From: a candidate division WWE3 bacterium
Lineage (GTDB): Bacteria; Patescibacteriota; WWE3; JAPLWK01
DNA length: 64,000 nt
Reading direction: 5' to 3'
Assembly: GCA_026396615.1 (NCBI GenBank)
Contig: JAPLWK010000011.1
Coordinates: 962 to 64,961, forward strand
Below, piece after piece: positions 46,010 through 54,365 of the stretch. A program made the translations under genes and the position numbers. The first letter of the stretch is position 1. Each line of letters starts with the position of its first letter. Under the pieces are notes generated by a model. That model saw only the letters and a program-made list of their open reading frames with translations. It searched no databases and was not told the DNA's origin.

Positions 46010-47302
46010 TCATTTCAAAAAAGAATCGTAGTCACGGGTCACCAGTAAAGACTCGACTTGCTTTACTGATTCTAGCACAACCGAAACTACGATTAGAACA
46101 CTGGTACCGCCAATGGCGAGAGAAGCGGCTGTCGCGAATAAATTCTGCATTAGTGATGGCAGAACTGCAACGAGACCGAGGAAAATTGCTCCAGACAAAG
46201 TAATGCGAGCCAGAATCCAGTTTAGAAAGTTGACTGTCGGCTTCCCCGGCCGAATTCCCGGGATAAACCTACCACTTTTCATAAACTCATCAGCAATTTT
46301 TTCAGGATTAAACGAAATTACAGTATAAAAGAAGGTGAAAGCCACCACCATCACAAAGTAAAAAATATTATAGACTGCTTTTTGAGGAGTAAAGTTAACA
46401 ATTAACCAATTGGCAACGGCTCTAATTTGCGGCTCCGAGAAACGTTGTAAAAATTGACCCAGCGAGGCCGGCAACATTACTACTGCCACCGCAAAAATAA
46501 TCGGCATCACCCCGGCCTGATTCACTTTTAACGGTAAGTGAGTTGGGGCTTCACTGTAACCTCCGGTACTATTAGTGCGACGCGCCACGTGAATTGGAAT
46601 CCGGCGCTCCCCTTCGTTAACGGCCACAATGGCAATGATAATAGCCACCGCCGCCACTCCCAGCGCAATTAAATTAAAGGAGTTTTCGGGAGTAATAGTT
46701 TGGGTTAGTGACGAAAAGGCCGAGGGCAAACGGCTTAAAATGCCGGCGGTGATAACCACCGAAATTCCGTTACCAATGCCATATTCCGTGAGTAATTCTC
46801 CCAGCCACATCATGATCATCGTTCCGGCAACCAGTGTGATGATCAGAGTCCCCAGCTCCCACCACTGCAAACTCCCGAAAATATTGATTTGTTTGGAAAG
46901 TAGAAAATAGAGGCCAACGGCTTGAACGATGGCGAGAGGAACAGTTAAAAGACGGGTCCACTGATTAATCTTTTCGTACCCTCCCGGCTCTTTTTGCAAA
47001 GCTTCGATTTTTGGCAAGGCCATCCCTAGTAACTGAAAAATAACGGAAGCGGTGATATAAGGGTTAAGGCTTAAACTGGCGATTGAAAAATGTTGTAAAT
47101 TCCCACCACTAAATAAATCAAAAAGACCAAAAAAAGCGTTGCGAGAGAGCAAATCGCGTAGCTTACTAACGTCAACGCCAGGCAGAGGAATATTTGACAG
47201 AACCCTAAGGAGCGCCAAAATCAGGATAGTAAACAAAATCCGCCGTCGCAACTCCGGCACCTCCCACATATTGCGAATAGTTCGAATAATTTTATCGATC
47301 AT
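46010..47302 (-). CDS. secY: protein translocase subunit SecY
   Basis: 430 aa, 10 TM. The N-terminus reads LRRRILFTILILALLRVLSNIPLPGVD. Confidence 0.9.
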   Translation of the reverse strand: MIDKIIRTIRNMWEVPELRRRILFTILILALLRVLSNIPLPGVDVSKLRDLLSRNAFFGLFDLFSGGNLQHFSIASLSLNPYITASVIFQLLGMALPKIEALQKEPGGYEKINQWTRLLTVPLAIVQAVGLYFLLSKQINIFGSLQWWELGTLIITLVAGTMIMMWLGELLTEYGIGNGISVVITAGILSRLPSAFSSLTQTITPENSFNLIALGVAAVAIIIAIVAVNEGERRIPIHVARRTNSTGGYSEAPTHLPLKVNQAGVMPIIFAVAVVMLPASLGQFLQRFSEPQIRAVANWLIVNFTPQKAVYNIFYFVMVVAFTFFYTVISFNPEKIADEFMKSGRFIPGIRPGKPTVNFLNWILARITLSGAIFLGLVAVLPSLMQNLFATAASLAIGGTSVLIVVSVVLESVKQVESLLVTRDYDSFLK

Positions 47303-47309
47303 AAAAGAA

Positions 47310-47385
47310 TGGTCAGGGTGACAGGATTCGAACCTGCGGCCTCCAGTACCCCATACTGGCGCGCTACCAACTGCGCCACACCCTG
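47310..47385 (-). tRNA. tRNA-Pro (GGG)
   Basis: Minus strand: CAGGGTG-UG-GCGC-AGUUGGUA-GCGC-G-CCAGU-AUGGGGU-ACUGG-…-GCAGG-UUCGAAU-CCUGU-CACCCUG-A-CCA. Anticodon loop AUGGGGU gives GGG. Confidence 0.85.
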
Positions 47386-47426
47386 TAATTACGCCAGTTC
47401 ATGATAGCATACCAATAATACAAATT

Positions 47427-47510
47427 GTCATTCCGGGCTTGACCCGGAATCCAGTCAACAGATTAACAATTGGATCGAATTACTGGATTCTGAATCAAGT
47501 TCAGAATGAC
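47427..47510. repeat. family-1 hairpin repeat, inverted pair (47427..47455 and 47483..47510) with 27-nt spacer
   Basis: GTCATTCCGGGCTTGACCCGGAATCCAGT … ACTGGATTCTGAATCAAGTTCAGAATGAC. Confidence 0.85.
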
Positions 47511-47516
47511 AAATTA

Positions 47517-48137
47517 TTAAAATAAACTTACCTGACTCTCATCTACCTTCTTCACATTCCCAGCCACTTTAATTGTGCTCTGATCCATATTTAAAATACC
47601 GGGAATCTTTAGGAAATCTTCTTTTAGGACCCGCTTTACATTTTCGCTCCGAAGCGCTGCGGCGGGATGGTAAAGAGGGAAAATAATAAAATTACCAACT
47701 TTCTTCGGAACGCCATGGTCCTTACTGATTTTAGAGTCCTTTAAAAAGTGCTCCAAGGCGAACTTGCCAAGAGGAATTACTAATTTCGGCTTGATAGCCC
47801 GCAGCTGATCATCTAAATATGGTGTGCAGGCCCTAATTTCATCAACCATCGGTTCCCGATTGTCGGGCGGCCGACATTTTACGATATTACCAATCCACAC
47901 ATCTTGTCGAGTTAAGCGAATGGTCTTCAGTAACTCTGACAAAAGCGCTCCGGACTGGCCCACGAACGGGCGCCCCTGTTCATCTTCATTCATACCTGGC
48001 CCCTCGCCAATAAATACAATTTGCGCTCTGGGATTACCCTCGCCGGGCACCGCGTTTTTACGGCCATGACAGAGTCGACATTTCTGGCATTTAGTCACCG
48101 TGGACGCAATTCTTTTTAGTAAGTCATCATTTCCCAT
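47517..48137 (-). CDS. family-4 uracil-DNA glycosylase (Fe-S)
   Basis: CQKCRLCHGRKNAVPGEGNP, FIGEGPG and the C-terminal HPAAALR motif are typical of UDG family 4. Confidence 0.8.
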   Translation of the reverse strand: MGNDDLLKRIASTVTKCQKCRLCHGRKNAVPGEGNPRAQIVFIGEGPGMNEDEQGRPFVGQSGALLSELLKTIRLTRQDVWIGNIVKCRPPDNREPMVDEIRACTPYLDDQLRAIKPKLVIPLGKFALEHFLKDSKISKDHGVPKKVGNFIIFPLYHPAAALRSENVKRVLKEDFLKIPGILNMDQSTIKVAGNVKKVDESQVSLF

Positions 48138-48146
48138 AAATCACAA

Positions 48147-48231
48147 GTCATTCCGGGCTTGACCCGGAATCCAGTAACTTGATCCGATTTATAATCGGTT
48201 GACTGGATTCCGGCTCCGGGGCCGGAATGAC
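48147..48231. repeat. family-1 hairpin repeat, inverted pair (48147..48175 and 48203..48231) with 27-nt spacer
   Basis: GTCATTCCGGGCTTGACCCGGAATCCAGT … ACTGGATTCCGGCTCCGGGGCCGGAATGAC. The second unit has a different, compensated stem. Confidence 0.85.
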
Positions 48232-48237
48232 AAGTTT

Positions 48238-49302
48238 CTAGTATCGTGGCATGAAATCTTTAATATTATTTGAGGTAATAGTTACCGCTGTCGCTTTGCC
48301 CTCTACGATTTGGAGGACAACTTTGCGACAGACAGCTTCAATAATTCTTTGCAAACTTCGGATTCCCGAATCATAACCCAAGGGGCGAATTAATTTCGGC
48401 CAAATCTCGTCACTAAAAGACAGCTGCTCACTTTTGAGTCCTGTCGCCTTCATCACTTTTGGCAGTAAATAATTTTTAATGATTACTTCCTTTTGAGAAT
48501 CGGTGTATGAAGGCATTTGAATAATTTCTAAGCGATCCATAAGCGCGGCCGAAAAAGTCCCAATATTATTAGCGCTACAAATAAACATCACATCTGACAG
48601 GTCCAAAGGATAATCAAGATAATGATCGCGAAACGAAGTATTCTGCTCAGGATCAAGTAGTTCGAGAAGGACAGCCATAAAGTCACTGCGTAGCCCTTGT
48701 TCGCCACTGACTTTATCCATTTCATCAAGCAGAATTAAGGGATTTCTGACTCCAGTCCGAATCAAAGCTTTAACAATTTGGCCCGGTTCCGGGTCCGGTA
48801 AACTTTTGCTTTTACCACGCAGTTCGGTCGTTGTGCCGAGGGCGCCCATAGAAATCCGGATAAATTTTTTGCCAAGGGCTTCGGCTACAGACCGCGCCAT
48901 AGTCGTCTTCCCAACGCCCTGCAACCCAACCAAACAAAGTACCGTGGCTTTTTCCATTGGTTTGTCAGCCTTCTGTTCAATTAACATTTTTTGGACGGCC
49001 AAATATTCTAAAACTCGCTGTTTCACATCGTCTAGTCCGTAATGATTTGCATCAAGCACTTTCTGCGCGTTAGCGATATTTAAATTATCTTTAGTGTAAT
49101 TTCCCCAGGGAATTGAAAGGACGGTTTCTATGTAAGTGCTTAAGGTATCAAACTCTGAAGAATAATTAGAGACATGCGAAAGGCGATTAAGTCGGTCCAG
49201 CATCTGAACCAAGCGTTCTTTTAGACCATCCGGGAGCCCCTTCGCGGCCGATACTTGGTCGTTTAGTTTTTTTAGTTCAATAAAGAGGAAATCTTCCGCC
49301 AC
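48238..49302 (-). CDS. Lon-type AAA+ ATPase module lacking N-terminal LAN and C-terminal protease domains
   Basis: VLCLVGLQGVGKTTMARSVAEALGKKFIRISMG…LILLDEMDKVSGEQGLRSDFMAVLLELLDPEQNTSFRDHYLDYPLDLSDVMFICSANN is near-colinear with the LonA ATPase core (E. coli: [20 protein letters not shown]…LFLLDEIDKM…ALLEVLDPEQN…FSDHYLEVDYDLSDVMFVATSN). The ORF ends before any Ser-Lys protease domain. Confidence 0.7.
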   Translation of the reverse strand: MAEDFLFIELKKLNDQVSAAKGLPDGLKERLVQMLDRLNRLSHVSNYSSEFDTLSTYIETVLSIPWGNYTKDNLNIANAQKVLDANHYGLDDVKQRVLEYLAVQKMLIEQKADKPMEKATVLCLVGLQGVGKTTMARSVAEALGKKFIRISMGALGTTTELRGKSKSLPDPEPGQIVKALIRTGVRNPLILLDEMDKVSGEQGLRSDFMAVLLELLDPEQNTSFRDHYLDYPLDLSDVMFICSANNIGTFSAALMDRLEIIQMPSYTDSQKEVIIKNYLLPKVMKATGLKSEQLSFSDEIWPKLIRPLGYDSGIRSLQRIIEAVCRKVVLQIVEGKATAVTITSNNIKDFMPRY

Positions 49303-49325
49303 GAACTTAGTTTAGCAGAATTAAG

Positions 49326-50648
49326 TTAGAGTTTAAGCAGTTTTTCAAGTGTTACAGTTTCTTGGCTGCGGGCAATCATATCTTTTACGGCGACCGTGCC
49401 GTCTTTTAGTTCCGTCTCACCAATAATGAGCGCTTTCCCGATCTGTTTCCGATCAGCGTATTTAAGTTGCTTCTCGAGTTTGTCGGATTTTCCAAGCCAA
49501 GTGACTACGTTTTTACCAGATTCTCGTAATTTAGTGGCCACTTCAAACGCTCTTTTTTGGTAACCGTCCGACTCGGAAGGCCAAACAGTGACTAAGAAGT
49601 CGATTGTATTCTCCATCTTTGGTAACAGATTCCAGTTCTTTAAAAATTCTAAAAAAGTGTAGTCACCAAGAGCAAAGCCGGTCGCAGGTAGTTCGTAATC
49701 GCCAAAGATATTTATTAGCCGATCGAAGCGTTCCCCGCCAAAAAGCGACCGCCGATTATTTGGGTTCTCATCGTAAACTTCATAAACAAAACCATCGCTA
49801 TAATCAAAGCCACGAATAATCGAGGGGTCAAAGCGGCAATATTCATAAAGTCCCGCGTCTTTGAGAAGACTGACTAGTTTCTGAATGGCTAAATATCCTT
49901 CGTTTTTATTAAGTAACTCATCGGAAATAATACTCGGTAAATCTTGAAACTTGGAACTTAGAAATTTGTTAACGGAATCGACTTGACCTTGTTTTAGACC
50001 CAAGTCAAGTAAGGCAGCATCGAAATCCTCCTGAGATAACTTACCCTTCTTGTCCATCAACCTTCTTACTTTTGTTTGCAATTCTTCTGACAATCCCAAG
50101 ACGTTCCCTAACAGTTCAGCGACTAATCTTCGATCGCTAAACCGCACGCTAAATTGCTCTTGTTTAGCCCCAAAAGCTTTAAGTAAAGAAATGATTAAAG
50201 AGAAAATTTCAAAGTCGGCCGTAGCTCCCGCTTCGCCAAAAATGTTAGCTTCGAGTTGGTAAAATTCGCGCCCCCGGCCTAGCTGTGGCTTCTCAAAGCG
50301 CCAATTATTGCCGATCATAAACCAGCGCACAGGCTTTGGCAGTTCCTCAAACTTCTGAGCAATCATTCGGACTGTTCCCGGAGTCAGTTCTGGTCGAACG
50401 GCCAGTTTGCGGCCACCTCGGTCTTCAAATGAGAACAGTTGGTCGTTGACGATTTCCGATCCAGACTTAGCCGCAAAAATTTCTAGAGGCTCAATGATCG
50501 GAAAATCATATTCTTCAAAACCAAACGATAAGCACACCTGTTTCCAAGTGTTAAAAATATAATTCCGGATTTTCATATCCTCCGGATAAAAATCCCTCGC
50601 CCCTTTATAAGGCTGGGTGCTTAGTTTTTCGGCTTTTATTTTTTCCAT
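49326..50648 (-). CDS. hisS: histidine--tRNA ligase
   Basis: Class IIa motifs (KGARDFYPEDMKIRNYIF…; …RGGRKLAVRPELT…) and an anticodon-binding C-terminus. Confidence 0.9.
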   Translation of the reverse strand: MEKIKAEKLSTQPYKGARDFYPEDMKIRNYIFNTWKQVCLSFGFEEYDFPIIEPLEIFAAKSGSEIVNDQLFSFEDRGGRKLAVRPELTPGTVRMIAQKFEELPKPVRWFMIGNNWRFEKPQLGRGREFYQLEANIFGEAGATADFEIFSLIISLLKAFGAKQEQFSVRFSDRRLVAELLGNVLGLSEELQTKVRRLMDKKGKLSQEDFDAALLDLGLKQGQVDSVNKFLSSKFQDLPSIISDELLNKNEGYLAIQKLVSLLKDAGLYEYCRFDPSIIRGFDYSDGFVYEVYDENPNNRRSLFGGERFDRLINIFGDYELPATGFALGDYTFLEFLKNWNLLPKMENTIDFLVTVWPSESDGYQKRAFEVATKLRESGKNVVTWLGKSDKLEKQLKYADRKQIGKALIIGETELKDGTVAVKDMIARSQETVTLEKLLKL

Positions 50649-50726
50649 CCCCGTGATTATAGTTTAAAAAGGGTAACAAATGTAGTGACCAAGTTGTTAT
50701 TGGATATAACAACGGTAAATTAAAAG

Positions 50727-51059
50727 TTAATAAGTAATAGTTGCAGTACTTTTGAGTTCACCATCTATATACAGTTTTAACTCTTTATTCCCAACGCTCC
50801 AAGTAAAAGCAATCATATGCTTTTTAGATTTATCAAGAGTGGATACGTCACATTCAACGTCAGTTCTGCCTTTCCCGATGTAAACGTGAAATACCTTAAT
50901 CTTTCTATCAACGTCCTTGATAATTAAAATGGATCCACCCAAAGGATTAACCTGAAGCAATTGGATGGCCTCATTGCTTTGGAAGTCGACTTTGTTCTCG
51001 CTTATCCAGAACTCAATTGTTCCTTCTAATATGCTACTTTGGTTTAGGTTATTTCCCAT
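50727..51059 (-). CDS. small jelly-roll (LamG/concanavalin-like) domain protein
   Basis: 110 aa. …HMIAFTWSVGNKELKLYIDGEL… resembles LamG-type lectin folds. Tentative. Confidence 0.3.
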   Translation of the reverse strand: MGNNLNQSSILEGTIEFWISENKVDFQSNEAIQLLQVNPLGGSILIIKDVDRKIKVFHVYIGKGRTDVECDVSTLDKSKKHMIAFTWSVGNKELKLYIDGELKSTATITY

Positions 51060-51258
51060 GTATTACCTCCATACTATTATTCATATATAGATTTTCTATT
51101 ATACCTTCATTTTTCACAGTTTGCTGCTGTTTTATTGAAGAGATTAGTTTATAAATTGCTTTAGTACCACTTTTTAATTCACGTATAACCATGAATATTG
51201 AAAAAGGAAAACCAAGTATAGTAACAATATTCGCTAAAACCGAGATTTGCTCAGCCAT
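51049..51258 (-). CDS. small membrane protein (69 aa)
   Basis: One TM helix (VLANIVTILGFPFSIFMVI). It overlaps the downstream LamG-like ORF by 11 nt, so this may be a split gene. Confidence 0.3.
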   Translation of the reverse strand: MAEQISVLANIVTILGFPFSIFMVIRELKSGTKAIYKLISSIKQQQTVKNEGIIENLYMNNSMEVIHGK

Positions 51259-51323
51259 ATTGATAATAAATTATGATCAAATCCTGAGGACATTATAATA
51301 CAAAAACTTTGGGAAGATCGTTT

Positions 51324-51680
51324 TTAGTTAGGAAATATTTCGTCCAGACAATTAACTGCATATTTTTGTCCAAAATAAAGATTTGCTGTGATTGTAGCAT
51401 CACTACCTTTTAAATTCTGTTCGTAGCTAAGTGAGCTTAAACTATCTGCTGGTACTTTAACGTCTCCAAGATTTGAAAGTTCTTCTAGACTACTTGGGAA
51501 CTTGCCAGTTTTAAGTTGAAATAAATTGCAGGATAAAGCAAGGCGTTGTGTAAGACTCCTCAAGTTAGTATTGTGTGTTATTATCGTGCTATACAAAGTA
51601 CGCCCAACGAAAGCAAATGTTGTAACTAGGATTACTAGTGAAATTGCTATCTTCTTTTTCCTAACATCAGTCATAAGCAA
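51324..51680 (-). CDS. pseudopilin (GspG/type IV pilin)-like protein with non-canonical N-terminus
   Basis: N-terminal TM, then …RLALSCNLFQLKTGKFPSSLEEL… This resembles the GspG motif (…LDxGxYPTTEQGLxAL…). There is no classical G|FTLIE prepilin cleavage site. Confidence 0.4.
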   Translation of the reverse strand: MLMTDVRKKKIAISLVILVTTFAFVGRTLYSTIITHNTNLRSLTQRLALSCNLFQLKTGKFPSSLEELSNLGDVKVPADSLSSLSYEQNLKGSDATITANLYFGQKYAVNCLDEIFPN

Positions 51681-51747
51681 TTAATAGTAAACAGCACAAG
51701 CTATCAGTTGTCAAAGATAAAGGATTAGCCACAATTAGCCATTAATT

Positions 51748-51793
51748 ACTCTTTCGTCCCAACGTTAAAAATCGCCCGCCAGGGTTGGTAGAG
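51748..51793. repeat. ~45-bp direct repeat, copy 1 (second copy at 52629..52674)
   Basis: TACTCTTTCGTCCCAACGTTAAAAATCGCCCGCCAGGGTTGGTAG matches TACTCTTTCGTCCCGACGTTAAAAATTGCCCGCCAGGGTTGGTAG with 2 mismatches. Confidence 0.85.
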
Positions 51794-52619
51794 GTGACTT
51801 AAAATTTTCTCTGGAAATTATTTTACGACCGGTTTTTTGTTCCAACTCTTTCCGAGCATTTTTGGCTACTCGCCCTCCCCGTACCGCCGGAATTTTATTT
51901 TCTGTAAAACCACTAGCCCCAACGGTCTCCGCTATTTGACGGGTCGAAAGTTCTGCCAGCGCGGTAAAGATTAACTCCGCCTCCGTCATATGATCCCTTA
52001 GGTTTTCCGTTTTCAAGTTTTTTAAGTTTTTATGCTGCTTTACAGTTAGATCCGACCATTCATGATGAATAATATTTGTTAAAACGGCGTATTCATTTTG
52101 CTCTTTCACATCATGCGATTTCCAATAATCTGTTAATTTATTTCTGGTTTCCTGGCCTGTCATCCTCTGTTGAATCCATTTCTCACTCCGACCGTACTTT
52201 TTCCAGTTTTCACGAGCGCGGTTTAGGGACCTCTCCGGATCAGCACTTTCCTGGATTCTTTCGTAACCAACTTTAGCCAACCATAGCTTAATAGGCTCAG
52301 CCTTGGGACTGGGGACTGATTGGATTAGTCTTAGCAATGTTTCGACGTCCGCAACGTCTGTCATGCGCATTTTTCCGTCTTCCGCTGGTAATTTCAACCG
52401 GTTACATTTTGTAACCACTTCACTACCCTCAGCTAATAGTCGGCTTTTTAAGACCTTCCAATAGTTCCTCGCCGCTTGGAAATGAGGTTGTAAAGTTAAA
52501 GCTCGGACGATGTCGATAACAGAAAAATACCAGGTTTCAGAACCCTCATCGAAGTGGCGACGGATCTTGTAGCCATCGAAAATAGCCAATGTATCTACAG
52601 AGTCCTTGACCATATACAA
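51765..52619 (-). CDS. Bro-N domain protein, DinD (DNA-damage-inducible protein D)-like
   Basis: …WYFSVIDIVRALT… (Bro-N) and a C-terminal region (…RSLNRARENWKKYGRSEKWIQQRMTGQETRNKLTDYW…FTENKIPAVRGGRVAKNARKELEQKTG) that resembles E. coli DinD. These are phage/mobile-element-associated genes. Confidence 0.65.
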   Translation of the reverse strand: MYMVKDSVDTLAIFDGYKIRRHFDEGSETWYFSVIDIVRALTLQPHFQAARNYWKVLKSRLLAEGSEVVTKCNRLKLPAEDGKMRMTDVADVETLLRLIQSVPSPKAEPIKLWLAKVGYERIQESADPERSLNRARENWKKYGRSEKWIQQRMTGQETRNKLTDYWKSHDVKEQNEYAVLTNIIHHEWSDLTVKQHKNLKNLKTENLRDHMTEAELIFTALAELSTRQIAETVGASGFTENKIPAVRGGRVAKNARKELEQKTGRKIISRENFKSPLPTLAGDF

Positions 52620-52628
52620 AGTATACTA

Positions 52629-54365
52629 CTACTCTTTCGTCCCGACGTTAAAAATTGCCCGCCAGGGTTGGTAGTGACTCACAAAAGTATCGTCTTGGAG
52701 GACGGAACCCGCGCGAGTAACTTTGCGGTAAAAGGTGACATCGGCGCCCGAGGCGCTAAAGTCAGTTTGTAAAGTCGTCCCTTTTGGTAAAGTCGGATCG
52801 TCTTGATATAAAGTGGCCGGAGCCGGTTGATTATTGGTGACGACAGGACCGTTCATAGCAACCAAGCGACCGTCTGAAGTTCCAAAAATCTGGAAACCCA
52901 AAAAGTTTTTATTAATGTCAATTTCTCGCTGAATTAAAATGTAGTTCGGCGTGTCATTCCTAAAGACTAGATCGACGCCTGGATTGTAGACCGTCGCATC
53001 TAGTCCTACAGGCGGTTCGTAATAGTGAACACGATACGCGTGAGCCGTGCGACTAATGATTGGAAGCCCGGCATTTAAAGCCGCCCGAAAAAGAGTCGTC
53101 GATACTTGGCAAAGACCGCCCCCAGTACCGAGTATCGTCCGACCGTCAGAGATAATATAAGCTTCGTCATAGCCGGTCGCCGCGCTCACCTCACCGACCA
53201 GATTATTAAACGAGATTTCGGTGTTCGGCGGAATTAAAGCCCCACTGATCCGACCAGAGGCGACGTCAATATTATGAATTCTCCCCGGGATACTGCCATA
53301 AAAATTTGAAGTCCCCTCTCCAATTAATTCGTTGATACCATATTCATTGCCGCTTTTGGGGGCTGGCGTAGTGTTGACGACCAGAGCGACAGACTTCGGC
53401 GTTGTCGTCAACTCTAAGGCTTGCGCAATTGCCGCCGCCGATTCTGTCACTTTTAACTCGTAACCCGGCTGAGAGGGTTTAAAGTCAACTACTTTATTAT
53501 TATCTGTTTTAAAGACTTCGCCCCGACTATCAGCGTTAAGGTCTGCGGCAATTGTCGTTAAGTAATCAGTGATAACAGTGGTATTAGCGGAGACGGTGAC
53601 ATTACCTGGTGACTTGGTAAAAGTTAGAAAGTGCAACAATTGACCCGGCGTTAAAGACCAACTTTTATTATTGAAAGTAACTTTAGTTAGTGTTGTAACT
53701 TTAGTCGACACAGCATCGTTAATCGCTTGCAGGTCAGCTTGGTAAATCTGGGGCTTTGATGCAATTAGAGGCAAAGTGATATCTGAATAATCAAACTTGG
53801 ACCATTTACTTAATAGCTGGGATTTGACGGAGTCTTCAGAGATAATCCAACCGCTATTTTCGGAAGTAATAGTAAATGTCCCGGAGTCAAAACTAAAGCT
53901 GGCGTCGTGAGCCGGTTTAGCTAATTGCAACGATACATTAGTAATTATTTTCGACAATTTCTCACTATTATATGAATAGATAGGTTTAATAATTCGTAAA
54001 TGCCTAGCCACTTGCCATTTAGTAATTAACTCAGATATAAAATCACCACTACGACCAACGTTGTAAGCCATTTCGGCAGTCTTCAGAGCGTTATATGTAA
54101 AGTCTATGTCGGCCGCGGTTACCGGAAAATTCTTGTCGCCGAAAGTTAAAGCTGAGCTTGGGGAAGCGGTATCATAAGTGCGATTGATAATATCTAAACT
54201 TTGAGCTACGGACTTACCACCAAGATTTGTTTGGCCAAAATAGACTCCTGGTATAATTTTTCCAGCGTAATAAAAATTAAAGATAGCGTAGGCTATAAAC
54301 GGAGTGGTTAAAAGAAAGCCGAGGAATATAAATCCGAATCGACGGATCACGTCCGCACCTCCCAA
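52629..54365 (-). CDS. VanW-family protein with N-terminal membrane anchor
   Basis: The C-terminal …DGRTILGTGGGLCQVSTTLFRAALNAGLPIISRTAHAY… is the VanW domain signature. Confidence 0.7.
   Translation of the reverse strand: MGGADVIRRFGFIFLGFLLTTPFIAYAIFNFYYAGKIIPGVYFGQTNLGGKSVAQSLDIINRTYDTASPSSALTFGDKNFPVTAADIDFTYNALKTAEMAYNVGRSGDFISELITKWQVARHLRIIKPIYSYNSEKLSKIITNVSLQLAKPAHDASFSFDSGTFTITSENSGWIISEDSVKSQLLSKWSKFDYSDITLPLIASKPQIYQADLQAINDAVSTKVTTLTKVTFNNKSWSLTPGQLLHFLTFTKSPGNVTVSANTTVITDYLTTIAADLNADSRGEVFKTDNNKVVDFKPSQPGYELKVTESAAAIAQALELTTTPKSVALVVNTTPAPKSGNEYGINELIGEGTSNFYGSIPGRIHNIDVASGRISGALIPPNTEISFNNLVGEVSAATGYDEAYIISDGRTILGTGGGLCQVSTTLFRAALNAGLPIISRTAHAYRVHYYEPPVGLDATVYNPGVDLVFRNDTPNYILIQREIDINKNFLGFQIFGTSDGRLVAMNGPVVTNNQPAPATLYQDDPTLPKGTTLQTDFSASGADVTFYRKVTRAGSVLQDDTFVSHYQPWRAIFNVGTKE

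Noticed and set aside
12700-48231. Possibility that the short GC-rich repeats form a CRISPR array
   Set aside because: The copies are scattered singly or as inverted pairs tens of kb apart. They have no regular repeat-spacer periodicity and no cas genes. They are dispersed palindromic elements, not CRISPR.
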